A DNA stretch of 32,593 nt from an uncultured Nitrospirota bacterium (lineage in GTDB: Bacteria; Nitrospirota; Nitrospiria; SBBL01; CAZOFZ01): positions 1 to 32,593 of the forward strand of contig CAZQIT010000029.1 of assembly GCA_964592995.1 (NCBI GenBank), given 5' to 3'. Positions 26,694-32,593 of this stretch are shown one piece after another. Position numbers and translations under genes: made by a program. Every line of letters starts with the position of its first letter. The first letter of the stretch is position 1. A model generated the notes under the pieces. That model was not told the DNA's origin and made no database searches. It saw only the letters and a program-made list of their open reading frames with translations.

Positions 26694-27001
26694 AAGCAGA
26701 TGTCGTCTTCCGGAAAGCGGCGGAGCGGGACGTGGAACGGATTGAAGATTGGTATGAGCGTCGGCGGCCCGGCCTGGGCGATGCATTCCGGGAGGCGCTG
26801 GGAGAGGCCGTTGACCAGATTGCTTCCAGGCCCTTGATGTATCCTGCGCTGTATCAGGAAAATCGCCGTGTCTTGCTCCATCGGTTCCCCTACAAACTGT
26901 GGTATCGCCTCGAAGGCAAAGGGGTGATTGTGTTGGCGTGTATCCACGGGAAGCGCCGTCCTCAGTATGAAAGGACGAGGCTTCGGCGTCGGCTATCCTG
27001 A
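26690..27001 (+). CDS. RelE/ParE-family toxin
   Basis: [22 protein letters not shown]...ALGEAVDQIASRPLMYPA...RRVLLHRFPYKLWYRLEGKGVIVLACIHGKRRP. ATGA overlap with the antitoxin stop. Confidence 0.75.
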   Translation: MKADVVFRKAAERDVERIEDWYERRRPGLGDAFREALGEAVDQIASRPLMYPALYQENRRVLLHRFPYKLWYRLEGKGVIVLACIHGKRRPQYERTRLRRRLS

Positions 27002-27015
27002 TTTTTCTTCCTCCT

Positions 27016-28329
27016 ATGAAACCCGCAATCAAAGTCGGCCTGATTGGTTTTGGAACGGTGGGTGTCGGCGCCGTCCGAATTCTGATAGAGCAAAAAGACC
27101 TCATCCGGCGCCGTCTGGGTTGCGATTTGGACGTGGTACAGATCGCCGATTTGGACCCCAACAGAGACCGTGGCCTCCCCCTCGCCCAGGGGGTACTCAC
27201 GTCCGATGCGATGAAAGTCGTCCGCAATGCGGACATCGACATCGTTGTGGAGCTGATCGGCGGCATCCATCCTGCTCGCGAGTATATCCTGGAGGCGCTT
27301 CGCCGTGGGAAGCCTGTGGTCACCGCCAACAAGGCCCTGCTGGCCCTGCATGGAGAGGAAATTTTTCAGGCGGCACACAAGGCGCAGATGGACCTGGGCT
27401 TTGAAGGCAGTGTCTGCGGAGGCATTCCGATTATTCGTGCCATCAAAGAAGGCTTCGCGGCGGAGAACATTTCGGCGCTCTACGGCATTGTCAACGGCAC
27501 CTGCAATTACATTCTTACGCGCATGGCCGACGACGGGCTGGCCTTCGAGGATGCCCTGGCCGAGGCGCAACGTCTGGGCTATGCCGAGGCCGATCCCACG
27601 CTGGATGTGGGCGGCGGCGATTCGGCGCATAAGCTGGCCATCCTGGCAACCCTGGCCTTCGGCGCCCCCGTGGCGCTCAAGGAAATCTACACCGAGGGGG
27701 TCGATCATGTGCTGCCAAGCGACATCGCCTATGCCGATGCGTTGGGCTACAAAATCAAGCTGCTGGCCATCGCCAAGCATGAAAACGGAGAGATTGAAGC
27801 CCGTGTTCATCCCACGATGATCCCGAAATCGTATCTTCTGGCGACCGTCGGCGGCGTTCACAACGCCGTCTATCTCATGGGCGCGTCGGTGGGTGAATCG
27901 CTTTTGTATGGACGCGGTGCGGGCGGGGCGCCGACCGGGTCGGCGGTGGTCTCAGACCTCATCGACATCGCCCGCAACATTCAAAAAGGGGCATCGGGCC
28001 GCGTCCCCCCGGCGTCGTTTCAGGCGGACGCGCGCGAGCCACTGCGTATCAAGGAGATGGCCGAGATTGAATGCCGCTACTATCTGCGTTTCATGGTTCA
28101 GGACCGGCCCGGCGTGCTCTCTAAAATCTCCGGCGTGCTGGGACGGCATCGGATTGGCATCGCCTCGGTGATTCAGCAGGGGAGGGCGGCGGGCGGAAAC
28201 GTCCCGCTGGTGATGATGACCTACCGCGCCCGTGAACGCGACATGCAGGCAGCCCTTTCGCGGATCGACCGGATGGGCGAGGTGTCGGTGCCGACGGTGC
28301 TGATCCGTGTCGAGGAGAGACATGAATAA
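27016..28329 (+). CDS. hom: homoserine dehydrogenase
   Basis: 437 aa. IKVGLIGFGTVGVGAV NAD fold, catalytic region GIVNGTCNYILTRM ... LGYAEADPTLDV, and a C-terminal ACT domain. Confidence 0.9.
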   Translation: MKPAIKVGLIGFGTVGVGAVRILIEQKDLIRRRLGCDLDVVQIADLDPNRDRGLPLAQGVLTSDAMKVVRNADIDIVVELIGGIHPAREYILEALRRGKPVVTANKALLALHGEEIFQAAHKAQMDLGFEGSVCGGIPIIRAIKEGFAAENISALYGIVNGTCNYILTRMADDGLAFEDALAEAQRLGYAEADPTLDVGGGDSAHKLAILATLAFGAPVALKEIYTEGVDHVLPSDIAYADALGYKIKLLAIAKHENGEIEARVHPTMIPKSYLLATVGGVHNAVYLMGASVGESLLYGRGAGGAPTGSAVVSDLIDIARNIQKGASGRVPPASFQADAREPLRIKEMAEIECRYYLRFMVQDRPGVLSKISGVLGRHRIGIASVIQQGRAAGGNVPLVMMTYRARERDMQAALSRIDRMGEVSVPTVLIRVEERHE

Positions 28330-29491
28330 CCCTCCAGATATTGTTGATGTAAATCAGGATGCGCTGCCGGTAGCCGATGCGTGTGCGAAGCCTATCGCCG
28401 TGCGCAGCACTTCCGTGCGAAGCACCGCCGTGTGCAAGCACTGGCCGGGCATCATCGAAGCCTATCGGGACACGCTGCCGGTGACGGATCGGACGCCCAT
28501 CGTCACGCTGCTGGAGGGCAACACGCCACTGGTTCCTGCTCCGCGCCTCGCTGCGGCCATCGGTGCGCCCATCGATCTTTATCTGAAGTGCGAGGGGGCC
28601 AATCCGACCGGATCGTTCAAAGATCGGGGAATGACGCTGGCCATCTCGAAGGCCAAAGAGGCGGGGGCTGCGGCAGTCATTTGCGCCTCCACCGGCAACA
28701 CGTCGGCGGCGGCTGCGGCCTACGCCGCACGCGGCGGCATGAAGGCGTATGTGCTCATCCCCGAAGGCAAGATCGCCCTGGGGAAGCTGGCGCAGGCGAT
28801 GATTCATGGGGCACACGTTATTCAGGTGGACGGTAACTTTGACGAGGCGCTCACGCTGGTGCGGCAGGTGGCGGAAGCCTATCCGATCACGTTGGTCAAC
28901 TCGGTCAATCCCGATCGGCTGGAAGGTCAGAAGACGGCGGCCTTTGAGGTCTGCGACCAACTGGGAGGGGCGCCGACCTATCATTTTCTGCCGGTGGGCA
29001 ATGCGGGCAACATTACGGCCTACTGGCGTGGATATGTGGAATATCACAAGGCGGGCCGGATTGCGGCGTGCCCGAAAATGATTGGTTTTCAGGCGGCGGG
29101 GGCGGCCCCCATTGTGCTGGGCCATGTGGTCGAAAAGCCGCAGACGGTGGCCACGGCCATCCGTATCGGTAATCCGGCCAGTTGGCAAGGGGCGCTGGCT
29201 GCGGTCTCTGAATCCGGCGGACAGATCGGAATGGTCCCCGACGAGGAAATTATCGCGGCATATCGAATGATCGCGGGTACCGAGGGCATATTTTGCGAAC
29301 CGGCCTCGGCGGCCAGCGTCGCGGGCGTTATCAAATTAAACCAAGAAGGCGTATTCCAGTCGGGCGATGTGGTGGTCTGCACGCTGACGGGCCACGGCCT
29401 GAAGGATGCCGCCTTCGCCATCGAACGCGCGCCGCAGCCCGCCACCATCCGAGCGCGGCTCGAAGACGTCCTGCGGGTGATCGGGGTTTAG
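28322..29491 (+). CDS. thrC: threonine synthase
   Basis: WPGIIEAYRDTLPVTDRTPIVTLLEGNTPLV and PLP-lysine motif NPTGSFKDRG. ATG 28322 has a GAGGAG RBS and overlaps the hom stop. It adds a ~36-aa N-terminal extension containing 15-bp repeats. Alternative GTG start at 28430. Confidence 0.85.
   Translation: MNNPPDIVDVNQDALPVADACAKPIAVRSTSVRSTAVCKHWPGIIEAYRDTLPVTDRTPIVTLLEGNTPLVPAPRLAAAIGAPIDLYLKCEGANPTGSFKDRGMTLAISKAKEAGAAAVICASTGNTSAAAAAYAARGGMKAYVLIPEGKIALGKLAQAMIHGAHVIQVDGNFDEALTLVRQVAEAYPITLVNSVNPDRLEGQKTAAFEVCDQLGGAPTYHFLPVGNAGNITAYWRGYVEYHKAGRIAACPKMIGFQAAGAAPIVLGHVVEKPQTVATAIRIGNPASWQGALAAVSESGGQIGMVPDEEIIAAYRMIAGTEGIFCEPASAASVAGVIKLNQEGVFQSGDVVVCTLTGHGLKDAAFAIERAPQPATIRARLEDVLRVIGV
28400..28444. 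repeat. imperfect 15-bp tandem repeat x3 at the thrC 5' end
   Basis: gtgcgcagcacttcc / gtgcgaagcaccgcc / gtgtgcaagcactgg. A related gtgtgcgaagcc lies at 28381. Confidence 0.8.
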
Positions 29492-29652
29492 TCTCCATAG
29501 ATATTCCATAAATAACATATTAGTAATTATAATAATCAATATAATACAACAATATACGAATATATATTAATTTTTTAAAAAAATATTGATGGAGAGATAC
29601 ACCCGTGCTAAATCTGTCTCCCGTCCATCTAATAACTGGTTAGCACCATGCC

Positions 29653-29976
29653 ATGAACACGGACATACGAAAAATCGACGGTCTTAAGCTTTACTTTCCT
29701 TACTTGGACTCCAAGCAAGGACATGTCTGCTCAATACGCAGTCAGATTTCATGGATCACGCTTTATTCGTTGTTTTTCTACAGAATCATTCTCCCACCAC
29801 AAAGCCTGTTTTCAGGCCAGTTTGCATTGCAAAACTTGGCTGATCTGCATAATATTCCATTACTTAGAAGTTTAGTTGAGAGTGGCGCACTCATTACAAC
29901 TACTACCGACAATAACGTCAGAGACTTGCCTGATCTTTTCGAGAGTTACTGGATCACACGCAATAGTGGGTTTTGA
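29653..29976 (+). CDS. hypothetical ORF in a low-GC orphan segment (may be non-coding)
   Basis: 107-aa ORF with no recognisable motif and no clear RBS. Its composition is unlike the neighbouring genes. Confidence 0.2.
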   Translation: MNTDIRKIDGLKLYFPYLDSKQGHVCSIRSQISWITLYSLFFYRIILPPQSLFSGQFALQNLADLHNIPLLRSLVESGALITTTTDNNVRDLPDLFESYWITRNSGF

Positions 29977-30026
29977 TGATTTTCGTGGTACCCCTTACAG
30001 GACGACGGACGACGGGGGCCATGCGC

Positions 30027-30701
30027 TCACGCAACCGCATAGGTCTTGAGGGCCTCTTCCGACATGGCGGCCAGTCGCGCCCACTCGGCATCGTACTTGC
30101 CACTTTGAATTTCGCTGATACGGGTTTCGAGTGCGGAGGGTTTTTCGCTCAAAAAGGCGCCCTGCATTCGGCGGGCATAGAGGCCAATCTGGTTTGAAGA
30201 AATCTCGGCGATGCAGACGGGAACACACAGGCTGCACATGACGCAGGGAAGGAAGAGATCGGAGGCGGCCTTAAAGTCACCGAAGGCCGCCTTCCAGATG
30301 CCGGTTCGGACGTCAATCTCTTGGGGACAGGCCTCGGTGCAGGCGTTGCAATTTCGGCAGAGGGCGGCCTCCGGGAAATACTGAAACAATTCCTGTTTCG
30401 GGTCGGAAATCGCTTCAATTTTATAGATCGGTTTATGTACGGGGAAAGCGGGAGAGAACGAAAAAGAGATGCCTTCCTGCACGATGATCTGACAAGCCAA
30501 ACCCGACTTTAGTTCATGGCTGTCTGGCGTTCGATAGTAGGTCGCACAGGCCCCGCAGACACCCCCCAGACAACCAATGCCGCGAGTGATTTCGTGGCCC
30601 GTGTGCCACATCGCCTGAACCAGCGTGATCCCCGGCGGCACCTGATAGCGCTTTCCCATAATCTCGACGGTCACCCCACCCGCCGTTTCCGTGCTAGACA
30701 T
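30027..30701 (-). CDS. Fe-S protein with 2Fe-2S ferredoxin-like N-domain and 4Fe-4S dicluster C-domain (SdhB/FrdB-like)
   Basis: 224 aa. GCLGGVCGACA, CRNCNACTEACP and CVMCSLCVPVC cysteine clusters. 8-nt overlap with the aconitase gene. Confidence 0.7.
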   Translation of the reverse strand: MSSTETAGGVTVEIMGKRYQVPPGITLVQAMWHTGHEITRGIGCLGGVCGACATYYRTPDSHELKSGLACQIIVQEGISFSFSPAFPVHKPIYKIEAISDPKQELFQYFPEAALCRNCNACTEACPQEIDVRTGIWKAAFGDFKAASDLFLPCVMCSLCVPVCIAEISSNQIGLYARRMQGAFLSEKPSALETRISEIQSGKYDAEWARLAAMSEEALKTYAVA

Positions 30702-32593
30702 GAACCCCCTCTCCGACGCTCAGCGCGTTGAGGGCGGAACCGGCGGCAAACCAGCCGATCTGCTGTGCGGTGAGGCTGTGGCGGGTCTCGACAGGGATCG
30801 TTCGGCCATCGGCCTTATGCAGAACGACGGTCACCGGCTGTCCTGGCGCCAATTGTGCGAGGCCCGTGACACTCACCCGATCTGTCTGATCGAACGACGC
30901 CCAGTCGTCGGGCTTCGCAAAGATCAGCGGCAACACCCCCTGCTTTTTCAGATTGGTCTCGTGGATGCGGGCGAAGCTGCGGGTGATGACCACTTTCACG
31001 CCCAGATAGCGCGGCGACATGGCAGCGTGTTCTCGGGAACTCCCCTCGCCATAATTTTCGTCGCCGATGACAACCGACCCCACCCCTTTGGCTCGATAAT
31101 CCCGCGCCACCGCTGCGGGCGTCTGGTTGGCGTCGCCGGTGAGCACGTTATTGGCCTTGCCCGCTTCCGGCGCGAAGGCATTGTGGGCGCCCAGGAAGGC
31201 GTTGTCACTGATTTTATCCAGATGGCCCCGATAGCTCAGCCACGGCCCGGCGGGGGAGATATGGTCGGTCGTACACTTGCCTTTGGCCTTCAGCAGGATC
31301 GGCAGCCGGTCAAAATCGGCCCCGTCCCATTTTGGAAACGGCGCAAGAAGGGCAATCCGCTCGCTGTTGGGCGGCAGATCAACCGTGAGCGCGCTGCCAT
31401 CCGCAGCAGGAGGAATCAGGCCCTCTTCTCCCGTGGCAAAACCGCTGGCGGGCAACTCCTCGCCGCGGGGTGGCTCAAAGCGGATGGTCGTTCCATCTGC
31501 AGCCTGCAACGTGTCGGTCATCGGGTTAAATGTGAGGTCGCCTGCGAAGGCCATCGCCGTCACCATCTCCGGGCTGCTTAAAAATGAGAGGGTCTCGGCG
31601 ATGCCGTCGTTGCGGCCCGGAAAGTTGCGATTAAACGAGCTGATGATGGAATTTTTCTCTCCCTTTTGCACGTCGGTGCGCTTCCACTGGCCGATGCACG
31701 GCCCGCAGGCGTTGGCGAGGACGGTCCCGCCCATCTTCTGGAAGGTGTCCATGACGCCGTCGCGCTTGATCGTCTGGAAGATGCGATCCGAGCCGGGCGT
31801 GACCAGGAACGGCACTTTCGCTTTGAGCCCGGCCTTGAGCCCCTGCATGGCGATGTGGGCGGCGCGCCGCATGTCCTCGTAGGAGGAGTTGGTGCAGGAG
31901 CCGATGAGAGCGGCCTTGAGGTTGGCCGGCCAGCCGTTCGCCTTGACCTCCGCGGCGAGCTTGCTGATAGAACGCGCGCGGTCGGGAGAGTGCGGGCCGA
32001 CGATGTGGGGCTCCAGGGTCGAGAGATCGATCTCCACGATCTCGTCGAAGAACTTCTCCGGGGCCGCGTGGACCTCGGGGTCGGCCACCAGGTGCTCCCG
32101 GTATTGCCGGGCCAGCTTCGCGATGTCGGCCCGGTCCGTGACCTCGAGATACGCCGCCATGCGGTCGTCGAAGGGGAAGACGGACGTGGTCGCGCCGAGC
32201 TCGGCGCCCATCTTGCAGATGGTCCCCTTCCCCGTCGCGCTGATGGACTCGGCCCCGGGGCCGAAGTACTCGAGGATCTTGTTGGTGCCGCCCTTGACGG
32301 TCAGCACCCCGCAGAGGTAGGTGATGACGTCCTTCGCCGTCGTCCAGCCGGAAAGCTTCCCCGCTAGCTTCACCCCGATCAGCTTCGGGTGGAGCACTTC
32401 CCACGCGAGCCCCGCCATGACCTCGCCGCAGTCGGCCCCGCCGACCCCGATCGCCAGCATCCCGAGGCCGCCGCCGTTGGGCGTGTGGGAGTCGGCGCCG
32501 ATCATGAGCCCGCCGGGGAAGGCGTAGTTCTCGAGCACGACCTGGTGGATGATGCCGGAGCCGGGCTTCCAGAAGCCGATCCCGTACTTCTTC
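30694..32593 (-). CDS. acn: aconitate hydratase, mitochondrial-type (5' end beyond the window)
   Basis: The frame stays open to the window edge (KKYGIGFWKPGSGIIHQVVLENYAFPGGLMIGADSHTPNGGGLG...). IGSCTNSSYEDM and NACGPCIGQW are the aconitase cluster ligand motifs. Confidence 0.9.
   Translation of the reverse strand, partial: KKYGIGFWKPGSGIIHQVVLENYAFPGGLMIGADSHTPNGGGLGMLAIGVGGADCGEVMAGLAWEVLHPKLIGVKLAGKLSGWTTAKDVITYLCGVLTVKGGTNKILEYFGPGAESISATGKGTICKMGAELGATTSVFPFDDRMAAYLEVTDRADIAKLARQYREHLVADPEVHAAPEKFFDEIVEIDLSTLEPHIVGPHSPDRARSISKLAAEVKANGWPANLKAALIGSCTNSSYEDMRRAAHIAMQGLKAGLKAKVPFLVTPGSDRIFQTIKRDGVMDTFQKMGGTVLANACGPCIGQWKRTDVQKGEKNSIISSFNRNFPGRNDGIAETLSFLSSPEMVTAMAFAGDLTFNPMTDTLQAADGTTIRFEPPRGEELPASGFATGEEGLIPPAADGSALTVDLPPNSERIALLAPFPKWDGADFDRLPILLKAKGKCTTDHISPAGPWLSYRGHLDKISDNAFLGAHNAFAPEAGKANNVLTGDANQTPAAVARDYRAKGVGSVVIGDENYGEGSSREHAAMSPRYLGVKVVITRSFARIHETNLKKQGVLPLIFAKPDDWASFDQTDRVSVTGLAQLAPGQPVTVVLHKADGRTIPVETRHSLTAQQIGWFAAGSALNALSVGEGVHV

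Noticed and set aside
26418-29188. Minus-strand ORFs of 304, 299 and 355 aa
   Set aside because: They are antisense to the parDE-like pair, hom and thrC. They have no recognisable domains, so they are shadow ORFs.
30691-32367. Plus-strand ORFs of 296, 201 and 233 aa
   Set aside because: They are antisense to the aconitase gene, whose identity is unambiguous.

Overview
High-GC bacterial chromosomal segment made mostly of housekeeping operons. No rRNA, tRNA, CRISPR array, transposase or integrase was recognised. Taxon cannot be assigned from the sequence alone.

Minus strand, right to left: an isc Fe-S cluster operon (iscR-iscS-iscU-iscA-hscB-hscA), then two M16 peptidases, a SAM methyltransferase and nadB. 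A nadK 5' fragment lies at the left edge.

Plus strand: a lytic transglycosylase, a haem-oxygenase-like protein, a NYN/YacP protein, glyS, ppdK, a gltD-like gene, an aminotransferase, hom and thrC.

Right end, minus strand: an SdhB-like Fe-S protein and a mitochondrial-type aconitase that runs off the window.

Wedged into these operons are visibly lower-GC accessory pieces:
- five type II toxin-antitoxin pairs (vapBC, mqsRA-like, relBE-like, hicBA, parDE-like)
- an orphan antitoxin-like gene
- an ABC/SMC-type P-loop ATPase
- relics of DUF433 and DUF559 genes
- an uncharacterised membrane-anchored protein
- an AT-rich orphan segment

The most unusual signal is structural. Three insertions, and a weaker fourth, are bracketed by long direct duplications (66-136 bp) of the adjoining host sequence:
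- the hscA-peptidase spacer
- the last ~25 codons of glyS
- the first ~45 codons of the ATPase gene
- weakly, the iscU-iscA spacer

Differences between coding duplicate copies are mostly synonymous. A 25-nt relic of the glyS 3' end also sits at the left edge of the hicBA insert. Together these point to repeated cassette turnover at fixed hotspots. The leading explanation is recombination with diverged alleles (homology-facilitated illegitimate recombination). An undescribed cassette integration mechanism is the alternative.

All five TA pairs are co-directional with their host operons. Two have start codons overlapping the stop codon of the upstream housekeeping gene (ATGA).
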